A stretch of 64,000 nucleotides of DNA from Nemertoderma westbladi (lineage: Eukaryota; Animalia; Xenacoelomorpha), in contig JAUCBJ010006818.1 of the NCBI GenBank assembly GCA_032718475.1, forward strand, positions 1-64,000, given 5' to 3'. The notes beneath the pieces were generated by a model. That model did not search any database. It saw nothing but the letters and a program-made list of their open reading frames with translations, and was not told the origin of the DNA. The position numbers and the translations under genes were made by a program. Of this stretch, positions 10,601-20,125 are shown piece by piece (position 1 is the first letter of the stretch; each line of letters opens with the position of its first letter).

Positions 10601-12857
10601 TAGGAGATTTCTTTGCCCCATTGAAGACGACCCGAGTCTTTCCATGCTGGACCACGGCATGGTGAGGAAGGAAGTACGCGTTGGGGGGAGGAGAGACGAG
10701 TCTCTCAATGTACCCCAGTGACTCGAGTTGTTTGAGTCCCTCGAGATGATGGGGTCTCAGCCGGCGTGAAGGGACTCCGCCGTAGTTGGAGGATGGTCTG
10801 CGGTCGTCGATCCATGGGAGGTCGATCTCGAACCGTCCACGAACGAGACGCGGTTTGATGAAGGAGTCCGATCCCTCATCGTCTGATTTATGTTCTATCC
10901 CGATGGTCTCCAGGTCCCAGAGGATGTCCAGGCTCCTGGTACACACACGGAAGGCTCGGGAGAGACTGGGTGTGGCAGATGTACGACTGCCAAGGAGGGT
11001 CCACCCAAAGATCGTATTCTGGGCCATGACCCCGCTCTCGGTGATCATCCCAGGAAGGAGGACGCGAGGGAGGAGGTCGGCGCCGAGGAGGAAGTCTGTG
11101 GGGCGAACCGCTGAAGGGTCAGGGTCCGCCAGGTCGATGGTGATCCAGTCGGTGGATCTAAGGTTTTGTGGACCCAGGGGGGAGCAGATAGTGTCCACCA
11201 CCAAGGCTCGGACGCCAAGGGACGAGGTTCCCTTGCTAAGGAGGAGGTCCACCTGACAACGATCCTGAGTCGGTGATACAATGCCGCCAAAAGCCTCAGA
11301 GGCAAATGAGGCTCTGTCTCGAACCGGCAGCTCGAGGTAGCCGGCGAGTTCGGAGGTTATGTAGGACTCCTCCGACCCGGTGTCTAGGAGGAGTCTGATC
11401 TTTCTAGAGGCAGTTTGGCGGGGGTCGCTAGCGGTCACCACGGCAGTCTGCAGGTGTGCCACGTCTGGCCTTCGACAGGCCACCGTAGTCCTGGCAGGAG
11501 GTCTAAACTCTGGAACCGAGGGATCCAGTTGAGGATTATAAGAGGGAGCCGGACGACGCCCACCAGAGGTAGAGGACGAGCCGACCCTATAAGGTCCCCC
11601 AGGGGGGGAAGTGAGTTCCATATGGAGCAACCCGTGGTGTTTTAAAGGACACACCCTGCAGCTGGGAGGTTGTGGGCAGGTGGACACAATATGGCCACCA
11701 GCCAGGCAGTTGCTGCAGAGACGTTGCGCCCTCACTGCTGCGAGCCGCTCACCGCTAGGGAGGTCTTTGATCCGAGGAGGCATCGGAGTTTTAGCAGAGA
11801 AGGTGACCGAGGGTTTCTGGTTTGGTCGAGTGTTGGTAGATGGAGGTCGAGAGTCGGGACGCTTGGACGGCTCTCCAGAGCGTCTATAGGCCTCGAGGCC
11901 CTCCAGCTCAGTCTTGAGGAAGTTGAGCAACGCCTCGAGGTTGTGACGACCGGCAGGTTCGGTGTTCCGGCGATTCCATTCCAACACAATCGTCTTAGGG
12001 AGCTTGGACATCAGCTGTGGAGCCAGGAGGAGTCCAGCTAACTTTGTAGAGAAGGCACATGTGGCGCGCTCCCCATTGAGCCATGTCGTCTCCACGTCCT
12101 CGAATAGAGACTCCATCTCTCTGACGGAGGCAGAGAAGGTGTCGACCAGAGTTCGGAGTTGATCCGGGTTATCACTGGTGACTGCTGGGGCGTTGACGAT
12201 CCTCTGGCTGTACAGAGCAATCAAAACGTTTGGTTGACCAAACCGAGAGAGGAGTTCTTTGGTGGCCGCGGCGTAGGCACCGTTGCCACACTTGATGCCC
12301 TGCACGGCGGCGAGAGCAGGACCCCGTAGGCAGTTCTTCAGGTGAACGAACTTGGCCGCAGGGGAGACAGTCGACTTGTCGAAGTCGACCAGAGCAACGA
12401 ACTGGTCGTAGAACTGCCGCCAATCCAGGGGATCGCCCGAGAAGGTGGGCAGCGACAGTTTAGGGAGCGTTGAGGCAGACAGGATGGCCTCAACGCCAGC
12501 AGCAGCAGACGACGCAGTAGAGTCGCAGTCAGAAGGAGGTGCCGGTTGATTGGCCGGGAAGAGTTTCTGGAGCTGTTCCAGATGGAGTTCGGCCTCTAAG
12601 ATTCGATCCCGTTCAGCCTCCATTTCGTCTGACAGTAGTTCGGCGGCTTCTTCATCCTCAGACTTCAATAGAAGAAGCTCGAAGACTTCCAGCAGGGTCG
12701 CCTTTCGCTGCTGTAGTCGACCGGTGTGTAGCGCCAGGTGTCCTTGGAGCTCGGGGGTGTCAGGATCCAGAGCGGTTATCTCGCGGATCTGATAAGTGAT
12801 GGCCTTCTTTGTGGACTTCTTGCGACCCCGTAGAGTAGCCTCGGCGAAGTTCTCCAT
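7698..12857 (-). CDS. BEL/Pao Gag-Pol polyprotein, 1719 aa (Gag, zinc knuckles, aspartic protease, RT, RNase H, integrase)
   Basis: LPKLSLPTFSGDPLDW (BEL Gag), CSNCLAGGHIVSTC and CRVCPLKHHGLLH knuckles, LLDTGSEESYI protease, GDIVKAFHQI / RLPFGLNCSP / YVDD RT, YADAS and PRLELMAA RNase H, HHCC plus GLDYAG / SDNAATF / WHGGFWERMV integrase, WKHWTSEYL C-terminal motif. Order PR-RT-RH-IN. Confidence 0.97.
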   Translation of the reverse strand: MENFAEATLRGRKKSTKKAITYQIREITALDPDTPELQGHLALHTGRLQQRKATLLEVFELLLLKSEDEEAAELLSDEMEAERDRILEAELHLEQLQKLFPANQPAPPSDCDSTASSAAAGVEAILSASTLPKLSLPTFSGDPLDWRQFYDQFVALVDFDKSTVSPAAKFVHLKNCLRGPALAAVQGIKCGNGAYAAATKELLSRFGQPNVLIALYSQRIVNAPAVTSDNPDQLRTLVDTFSASVREMESLFEDVETTWLNGERATCAFSTKLAGLLLAPQLMSKLPKTIVLEWNRRNTEPAGRHNLEALLNFLKTELEGLEAYRRSGEPSKRPDSRPPSTNTRPNQKPSVTFSAKTPMPPRIKDLPSGERLAAVRAQRLCSNCLAGGHIVSTCPQPPSCRVCPLKHHGLLHMELTSPPGGPYRVGSSSTSGGRRPAPSYNPQLDPSVPEFRPPARTTVACRRPDVAHLQTAVVTASDPRQTASRKIRLLLDTGSEESYITSELAGYLELPVRDRASFASEAFGGIVSPTQDRCQVDLLLSKGTSSLGVRALVVDTICSPLGPQNLRSTDWITIDLADPDPSAVRPTDFLLGADLLPRVLLPGMITESGVMAQNTIFGWTLLGSRTSATPSLSRAFRVCTRSLDILWDLETIGIEHKSDDEGSDSFIKPRLVRGRFEIDLPWIDDRRPSSNYGGVPSRRLRPHHLEGLKQLESLGYIERLVSPPPNAYFLPHHAVVQHGKTRVVFNGAKKSPNGLSINHCLKTGPNLLPLLFNVAIRFRVYPCVAVGDIVKAFHQISIADHDRDYLCIRWQDEDGEVLSHFVRLPFGLNCSPSALQSTLRVLFGLPEGSALPLPVPDTDHSVVQPQVSDLSFAEPQVSEPSVVELMVDDPSIAKPQVVDPSAIDPHTLSRLIESLYVDDVVLGGETPSDVNTLRETLTELLSRASMNLHKWRSTNPTCDEESLPTRVLGIPWDPISDEISVNLENVNPPKVFTKRTLLACTASIFDPLGLLSPWTLSLRLQLQDLWCAGSGWEQRLDPEAARRCLELISQVPAIPPTLPRDCSNPDRIEIYADASLKAYAACLYTFRGGTRTLLCAKARAAPLKPKPSLPRLELMAALLGARLYGSIIKAHKDFPDVEAIFHSDSTITLAWLSKPPNTWKTFVRNRVRDIQVLAPFHLWHHIPGCQNPADIGTRGYDLGALASSSWWLGPSGNLHTADTSAIDPQVTDLQHVTMERRSLLTKLITGSEQVVDLKRFSNLTRAVRVMAWVSRFISNCRVRRRTRSSAATGPLSKVERDRALVQLFYLEQRATMSNDIDLIQDGDTRESSLWPFRPFIDTATNLVSGCPRTQEQSLPLLPKGSPLARLLAWDVHIVTKHGGVPTMMSELSKTVWIAGLRSICKKITYDCVPCRRFNSRHFCTPEGALPDFRVRPGVIPFQSTGLDYAGGLNNNEGEKRYILLLTCASTRALHLELTSRMDAEDTHNALRRFAARRGVPEVLYSDNAATFKLLSKVLAGTEWRFIPVHAPWHGGFWERMVGVVKQALRKSLGRAALTDDELRTVLAEVEATANRRPLVQSPDSSTEPLTPAHFLFGGTPPPLAPLALLSPKDYPQSLSSSSRRSAKELRSSWRRSVAATEAIWKHWTSEYLPTLRSWRRKLRPAPKVESGAIVIVDTPLKPRSSWPLGNVVRVHPGGRTADVRVNGHVSSRPLAGLVPLEVD
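10141..10290 (-). repeat. Five degenerate 30-bp in-frame repeats inside the BEL RT domain
   Basis: Units start at 10141, 10171, 10201, 10231 and 10261; they encode DTDHSVVQPQ/VSDLSFAEPQ/VSEPSVVELM/VDDPSIAKPQ/VVDPSAIDPH. Confidence 0.85.
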
Positions 12858-12879
12858 AGTTAGTGTGGTTGAGAGAGGT

Positions 12880-12892
12880 ATCCGGTTCGAAG
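12880..12892 (-). promoter_or_regulatory. Primer-binding site, tRNA-Tyr-like but lacking the usual leading TGGTC
   Basis: Minus strand CTTCGAACCGGAT directly follows the 5' LTR. Plus strand ATCCGGTTCGAAG matches 12/13 of the metazoan tRNA-Tyr 3' region as recalled (ATCCGGCTCGAAG-GACCA). Confidence 0.7.
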
Positions 12893-13390
12893 TGTGGCGA
12901 ACTGGGCGTTGAGAGATGCAGAGAGTCTTCGATTTTAGAATCCCAGTTGCCGAAGGGAGTGCAACTATGTGACGGCTCCCAAAGTAGAGGTAGAAGGGTA
13001 AGGTGAAGGTTGAAAAAGTTGATTTTGAGTGAACGCGATAACTGAGTTTATTTATAATAGTTCGTTGAATAATAAGGAAATAGAAGAGGAGACAATTAAA
13101 TCACTAAACTTTGAAGCAGGGGTTTGCACAAGGAAAAGGTTGTCGACTTGGAAGTGAGGAAAAGTGGCCAGCAGCTCCTTAAATACCGTCTCAGGAAGCG
13201 TCCTGATTGGGTAGCCAAGGAGACTGCTGAGTGGCCAGTTAGCTACGTTTCGATCCTAAGATTGCCTGCCAACCTTCCCGCTAGAGGGAGGTTGGACAGA
13301 GTGCTGTGAAGACAGCAGATTACGTCTCGATCCCCAAAAACGGGTACAGAAAGTTAGAAATTCCGGTCGACAACCTGGCGATTATTTACA
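12893..13390 (-). repeat. 5' LTR of BEL/Pao element
   Basis: 498-bp direct repeat of 6934-7431; AATAAA on the minus strand near 13047-13052. Confidence 0.97.
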
Positions 13391-15003
13391 GCTTATTCAC
13401 TCCATGAGGCTGCCAAAGCACAAGATTATGCACTGGCTGGTCCTCACGGCGAAAGCAATGTCCTGCAAAGCGGAGGCGATTTTGTTCTAGTGTCAAGCTT
13501 GGGGGAACCAATGAGACACCTCCAATGTTATATAGTGTCTGGTTGGAGATCTGTGCATTGTACTTGACACAATGAACCCGGCGTAGCATTCTTGTGAATG
13601 TGCCATCCAGAGATTTGGTGTCCTCAGCAGTTAGAGCCCAGCATGGACTCCCGTAGAGGAGTACTGGAACTACTGCTGCTCTAAATAATCGGACCTTAAG
13701 TTTCCGATTAATTCTCGGTGACTTCCAAATCCTGGAAAGCCTATTCAAGGCTGCCCATGCCTTTCCCTTACGTATTCGAAGGTCCTCACCTGACTTCCGG
13801 ATCCATGATCCCAGGTAACAGAAGTCGTCCACATGCTCAAGCATACCATCCTTTGAGCTTATGCTCATCCGATCAGAGACTTGCTGAGGACTTTCAAAGT
13901 TAACTGTCAAAATTTTGGTCTTTCTGGAGTTAATAAAAAGACCAACACTAGAAGCAGCATGTTCTAATGAGCTGAGGAGCCGTTGGGCTCCCTCTAATGA
14001 TTCTGAGAGTACTCCTAAGTCATCAGCAAAGTCTAGATCAGTTAGGTACTTGGCAGGATTTCCTCGACTTCTGGAGCCAGTAGGTGGAGTTATCATCACC
14101 CCATCATCATTATGATGATCTAAGGACATGCGTAGAACATAGTCAACCACAATAATGAACAAGAATGGTGCAAGTGTGTCTCCTTGGAGGACGCCCCATA
14201 ACACTTCAAATGGTTCTGTGTCACCGTCAACAGTAGACACAAATGTTGTCGAACCATCGTATACTGATCTGATTGCTGCAATAATTTCATCAGGAATCCC
14301 ATATAATGAAAGTATGCTGAACATACGTGAGCGAGAGACTGAATCAAAGGCCTTGAAGAAGTCAACAAAGATAACAGCCAGATGCCTGTCTTTCTTTTTT
14401 GATAATTCTTCAATTATCCTTCTAAGTGCCAAAATGGGCTCCATGGTCCCGCGACCTTTACGGAACCCATTCTGATTTCCACGGAGCAGTCTCTCAATGG
14501 GATCCCTGATGCGATTTAATAGAATCCTATTGTATAGCTTTGCAGCAATCGAGATCAATGAGATTCCCCGAAAAGAACCATAGAGTGTTAGGTTGCCCTT
14601 CTTGGGAACTGGCACCAACTTATTTGTTTTCATTTCTTGTGGGACTCTTGTTGTTCGGTACATGTCTACTATGATGGGATAGATGAGCTTTAAATACCTC
14701 AGGGGGAACACCATCTACTCCACTGGCACGATTGGTCGTAATGCTCTTTGCAGCAGCCTTCACTTCTGCAAAGGAGATATCGCCAATGGGAATATCTGGG
14801 AGTACAGACTCAGACACTTTTACTTCTATAAAGTTATCAGGCAATACCCTGTCATTATTTAGGAGCTTTTCAAAGTGGGCTTTCCAACCATTGAGGCGAT
14901 CGGCTGGTGATTCAGCCTTAACCTTGGTGGTTGGTTGGCATTTCCGCCCAGTAAGCAAATTGATCGATTTCCATGCCTGGGATGATTGCCTGCTGTCATT
15001 CTC
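13391..15003 (-). pseudogene. RTE-type LINE B body, 5'-truncated (RT domain, no endonuclease)
   Basis: PVPKKGNL, FRGISLISIAAKLYNRILLNRI, QNGFRKGRGT, FVDFFKAFDSV, GVLQGDTLAPFLF, DLDFADD, FCYLGSW, RLRFAGHCFR, LVLWQP. One frameshift near 14690-14715 joins ORF 14620-15054 to ORF 13386-14714. Confidence 0.93.
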
Positions 15004-15173
15004 TGGCAACCAACTCATGGAAAGCGTAGTCGTGGACGACCGGCCATAGATCAACTTGAAAGGGATACTGAACTTGGGAGAGACGAAATTGCGACAACTA
15101 TGGAGAATCGGGAAGCCTGGAAGGATCTCATTTCCACTGTCCGAGTTCGCTCGACCTAGTAGTATTATTAGTA
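15001..15173 (+). pseudogene. RTE-type LINE A, 3' end
   Basis: LWQPTHGKRSRGRPAIDQLERDTELGRDEIATTMENREAWKDLISTVRVRST* (stop at 15157-15159) then a TAGTAGTATTATTAGTA tail; continues the frame broken at about 6757. Confidence 0.9.
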
Positions 15174-15249
15174 TTTAGTATAAGTTGTTCTTATAAATAA
15201 ATTCCCAAGCACCCAAGCACAAATTCCCACTCCCATATCATAGCGCATC

Positions 15250-15960
15250 GGGCTAAGAATACCCACTGTGTGCGGGCTAAGAATTCCCTCCTGTTGCGGG
15301 CTAAGAATTCTCGCGGGCTAAGAATACCTGGTGTCAAGTAATTATCCCGGGCTAAGAAGACTCATTTTGCGGGCTAAGAATACCCACGGGCTAAGAATAC
15401 CCACGGGCTAAGAATACTCGCGGGCAAAAGATACTCGTGGGCTAAGGATACTCGCGGGCTAAGGATACTCGCGGGCTAAGGATACTCGCGGGCTAAGAAT
15501 ACTCGCGGGCTAAGAATACTCGCGGGCTAAGGATACTCGCGGACTAAGGATACTGGTGGGCTAAGGATACTCGCGGGCTAAGGATACTCGCGGGCTAAGG
15601 ATACTCGTGGGCTAAGGATACTCGTGGATTAAGGATACTCGCGGGCTAAGGATACTCGTGGGCTAAGGATACTCGTGGATTAAGGATACTCGCGGGCTAA
15701 GGATACTCGCGGGCTAAGGATACTCGCGGGCTAAGGATACTCGCAGGCTAAGGATACTGGTGGGCTAAGGATTCTCGCGGGCTAAGGATACTCGTGGGCT
15801 AAGGATACTCGTGGGCTAAGGATACTCGCGGGCTAAGAATACTCGTGGGCTAAGGATACTCGCGGGCTAAGGATACTAGTGGGCTAAGGATACTCGCGGG
15901 CTAAGGATAATCGCGGGCTAAGGATACTCGTGGGCTAAGGATACTCGTTGGCTAAAAATT
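15250..15960 (+). repeat. Right subterminal array of 17-bp units (GGGCTAAGGATACTCGC), about 40 copies
   Basis: Spaced copies at 15250-15370, then head-to-tail 17-bp tandem units to about 15957. Confidence 0.92.
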
Positions 15961-16228
15961 CCTGAGACCGTTTTCGGCTGTATGCGTTGCAGTACGGAGG
16001 CATTATATAAGCTTGCCTTTATCTGCGGCGTATTTTAGAATTGCAACAAGAGACTATAAATAAAAAATGTTGTTAAACAATAATACTCAATCTCATTTAT
16101 GTGCGTTAATCATTCATTAAATTAACAAATAAATAAATTAATTTAATTAATTAATTCAATAAAAAAATAAAAAAAAAGCAGAAAGTCTGGTATACTTGGG
16201 GGCCGAGATGGCTGATTGGCTACTAGTT

Positions 16229-17142
16229 CAGTCAATCTAGCGAAAAAGAAGGGGTAACCCAAAACTATACAATTTTTTGACTCTTGCTAATATCACCAAA
16301 AAAGTCTATAAATATAAATTATGCGGATCACTTTCAATTATGTTTCGTTCCATAGAGTGAGCGTGAGGGATTTTACATAGCAACAAGGGGTCTATTGGTT
16401 GGATTTTCCCCAATTTCAGTAAGACAATCTTTAGTCCAGTTACTATCGATTAACTGAACTATGCACTTCTAGATAGTTACCAATTTAGTTTATAGAGCAA
16501 CATAAATTTGTCTAATCATTTAACCATTTTTAATACCAATTTTGGCAATTTTACACAACTTCTCTACTAAACGGGTGTATGTAAATTTGTTATATTATCA
16601 ACTATTGTGGTTTTTAAACTAATAATAAATTACAATTATTAAATAAATAAATTGCATCTAAAATCAATAGAGAAATCCCAATTTCATTATGTGAAAAATC
16701 GTCTCTAACATTAATGGAATTACGAAATTTCCTTGCAGTGGAATTGTAAATTTTTTTTACATCAGTTACCTTATTAATATCTTTAAATCTTTTATATACT
16801 TAAAAATTGGATGCGACTTATAGTTACCGAGATATATCAATTTACGTTTGACAGGCCAGGTCAGTATAAATTGTATTCATTCACCATCCCCATTGAATTG
16901 TAGCATATTGTGCAATTAATTAAATTATTCTGGAACATTACTATCTTACTCTTACCTACTGTTCCTTTTGTTTGGCTTGTTTTATGCAAATAATTCATGT
17001 AGAATTTCAATGAATAAATATATATTCTAAGCAAATTAATTTTTTATAGCTATTTTGGTCATTAACAAGATAATATAGAATCCCTTAAACGTGAAGACGG
17101 GTTGATTGCGAATAACTTTTGGGTTTTATGCTAGATTGACTC
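16229..17142. mobile_element. Possible MITE with short imperfect TIRs
   Basis: CAGTCAATCTAGCGAAAAA at 16229 versus right-end reverse complement GAGTCAATCTAGCATAAAA (12-bp exact core); GTT on both flanks; AT-rich non-coding interior. Confidence 0.45.
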
Positions 17143-17575
17143 GTTTATATTGCGCGTAACCGGATTAGGAAATAATAGCTGATAGCATACAACTAACCTA
17201 CCTGATTGGATAACGTTCGCCAGGGTCGGATCCCAAGTGAATTAGTATTGGTTGGTTGCTGTGATCGGTTAGATTATGGGTGGTTACGTCAGCAATAACT
17301 TGACCAGGACAGAAATCTATTCCCTGAATAAAACAGAGAACAGGTGTTAGGTAAGATTCAGTGAAATAGATTGATTTTACTCTGAGATCGAATGAATGTC
17401 CGAGCGTAGTAGTATATAAAATGAAAAGAGCGATTCAGTAAAATGAGACCGATTTACCGGGAAGTTATATCGAAAGCCTGGGCTGGACATGGAAGACCCA
17501 GAAACAAAGTCATCCTAAATCACTCGAGTATGATAATAAGTGAATTGTTGTGGGGCGAGTGACGCGGTGAATCAA

Positions 17576-17870
17576 ATATACAATGTAAATAGGACAATAT
17601 GATAATGCTCTCCATAGCGAAAAAAATCAACCGGCCCTGTTGGGGCTCGAACGAAAGTTGTACTTTACTTTGAGTGATTGTATGTATGGCCTTAATATGA
17701 TCTCCCACTCCATAGTGAAATATTCATCCGGTCTGGCAGCTCAGTACACTCACCCGGCTGATGATAACCAGAAGTTTGAAACCTAGGTACCGGGTACGAG
17801 CCCCAATAGGGCCGGTTGATATTTTTCGCTACGGAGAGCATTATCATATTGTCCTATTTACATTGTATAT
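17576..17870. mobile_element. MITE of about 295 bp with TIRs of about 77 bp
   Basis: ATATACAATGTAAATAGGACAATATGATAATGCTCTCC...GGGGCTCGAAC (17576-17652) is the reverse complement of 17794-17870 with about 4 mismatches. Confidence 0.8.
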
Positions 17871-19485
17871 GTGAGGTTTGATCAAGAAATCGACCTACGG
17901 TTACAAAATATTATTTCACATAATTAGAGGTTGAAGTCAAAATAGTTCATTTGGTATTAAAATATCGAATTTTATTTTTTTACTTTTTCTAGATCAGAAT
18001 TTTTTGCTAATTCTGAAACTGTAAACGAAATTTTCATATCTATTTTAGTTTTGGAGTTATTTGATTTTTTGTAGACCTCACTCATTTTGAAATTATTATA
18101 AATAAGTGGCCAATTATTTGTAAGATTCAGTAACAGTATTACTTTTTCAAAATACTATAATTGTATTTGTCCTACAGGATAATTTTTGCTATGAGTTTTC
18201 CTGTTCAGTGATTTAATTTCAATTGTTACTTTCCACGGCTGACGGATCATAGACTGTCGATCAGTCTGTTTGTCTGTCTGTCTGTGTGTCCGTTTGTCTG
18301 CCAAAAATTAGGGAATCATGATATCTAACAAAATGTTCTGCTTTCTCGGAAGGCGATTCCATTTCCAATGTCGATTTATGGGTTTGACGCAATCCTGCTT
18401 GTCTGAATTCGTGTTAGTCAGTCTGTCTGTCTGTCTGTGTGTCGGTTTGTCTGTCAAAAATTATGGAAACATGAAATCTAACAAAATGTTTTGCTTTTGG
18501 GTGAAATGAAATCACCGACCAAGAAAATCCCATAATTGTTTGTTAATTTGAGATATTTCTCAATTTTGACAGACAAGCAGACAGAAAGACCGACAGACAG
18601 ACAGACGTACAAACATTAAATAATCAATCAAAAGTAAAAATAGATATCGGAAATGAAGTCACCGACCAAGAAAACCCCATAAATAAATTTGTTTGTTAAT
18701 TTGATTTAGTTCTCAATTTTTACAGACAAACAGACTGACAGACAGACAGACAGACAGAACGTCAAGATTTCTTCAAACTGAAAAAGTAAATTGTAACTGT
18801 AATTACCACCCAGTGACATTTTAAATGTTATCACCACTCAGAAAAACCCCATAACACTAATTTTGAATAGTTTGTGCGCTTCTTAAATTTTAACAGACAG
18901 ACAGACATACCAAAAACAGACAGACTGACTGACATGCAAACAATCGTCTAGAATCGGTAAATAGTGAAAACCGACATCGTATTTGAAATCATCGGCAAAT
19001 AAAAACCCAATAGCAAAAAAATGTAGGTGTTGGTGCTTTATTTATTTATTTGTTACATTTTTGACAGACAAACAGACAAGTATTCAGACAAACAGACAGA
19101 GTGAACTCCAATAGAAATAACAATTAAAAAATTGTCGCCTAAGGTCCATTCACTGATGTGTATCAGAATTCTGACGTATATACCTAATTTTTTACAAGTC
19201 TGCTTTGAAATATCGTAAAAGTTTTCATTTGAAAATCCCCCCAATTACAGAAAATTGGCGGGAACGTTTGAAACTCTCATAACTTGAAAGGCGTTTTTCT
19301 CAAAACTTTGTTAAAATTTGGTCATAAGACTACTAATTTTCAAAACTCAATATCTCAGCAACACTTTATCGGATTTGAAATCTGTTTTCAGTGTTCGATT
19401 CAGCATAAAAATGTGTATTTGAATCAATAAAAAAACACAAAATTATTTTTTGTAACCGTAGGTCGGTTTCTTGATCAAACCTCAC
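17871..19485. mobile_element. Non-autonomous DNA transposon (about 1.6 kb), TIRs of about 38 bp, ATAT (or TA) TSD; possibly Sola-type
   Basis: GTGAGGTTTGATCAAGAAATCGACCTACGGTTACAAAA versus the inverted copy ending at 19485 (1 mismatch). ATAT at 17867-17870 and 19486-19489. Interior has repeated modules of about 150 bp carrying (GTCT)n/(AGAC)n. Confidence 0.85.
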
Positions 19486-20125
19486 ATATTATGATAATCC
19501 CCGCTGGTGGCGAATTCATTTTTTCAGCTCCATTTGCTATAATAGAGTTGGATCATCCTTAGTCCTGTTTAATTACTTATAATTTATATTATGATAATAA
19601 TATATAGGTAATATAATAAAACTAATGGCGACCAGATTAATGACCAGTTAGACAGTTATCACCCTCCTATCACACCATCCTCATCCAAGGGGGATTCATT
19701 TTCTATAGGGAAAACAAAGCTAAGGAAGGGTGACAGGAGTTAAAGTATCTCAAAGGGAAAATCGGCAATGAAATAACCGATAAGCTAAAGATAAATTAAA
19801 CCTAACGATCGCGATCAGCTTACTAAACTGCCCAGCTAATCACTGATTACTCCCGGACTGAGTGAGGGACTAGTAGTGGGTCCCCTAAACGGTTGGTGTG
19901 GTTTACTTTATTGGAGAAGTTAAACTATCAAAAGAGGGAACAGGTCACGTTATCGATTGATGAGATTAAAACTGAGTTCAATAGTTTTCGAGTTAATAAT
20001 TAACTCTTATTTATCTTAACTCTTATTTATCTATTATAGGGTTTATCAGTACAATGCATGATTATTATGCTACTGTATTGTACTGGCCGACCTAATAATA
20101 GTATAATACATTATGGCAAATACTT

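Larger units (their letters stand above)
6934..13390 (-). mobile_element. Full-length BEL/Pao LTR retrotransposon (6457 bp)
   Basis: Two 498-bp TG...CA LTRs, 5-bp TSD GCTTA (6929-6933, 13391-13395), PPT, PBS-like site and an uninterrupted Gag-Pol ORF. Confidence 0.97.
5251..15969. mobile_element. Foldback/MULE-like non-autonomous DNA transposon with inverted subterminal 17-bp arrays
   Basis: Left end GGTTAGGTGAATTCTTAGCC versus right-end reverse complement GGTCTCAGGAATTTTTAGCC. The arrays are in inverted orientation. Degenerate 9-10 bp TSD: (t)tgttcggct at 5241-5250 versus gttttcggct at 15970-15979. No transposase seen. Confidence 0.65.
5068..16176 (+). mobile_element. Short poly(A)-tailed retroposed insertion (probable LINE 3' end, about 390 bp net), outermost layer of the nest
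   Basis: Exact 12-bp direct repeat AGCAGAAAGTCT at 5056-5067 and 16177-16188; the right copy is immediately preceded by AATAAA and an A-rich tail. Confidence 0.5.

Noticed and set aside
7641-12799. Many + strand and alternate-frame ORFs in the BEL interior
   Set aside because: Shadows of a GC-rich coding sequence with no recognisable motifs.
17340-17575. Crypton-like non-autonomous element hosting the two TIR elements
   Set aside because: Only a vague motif impression; no definable termini.
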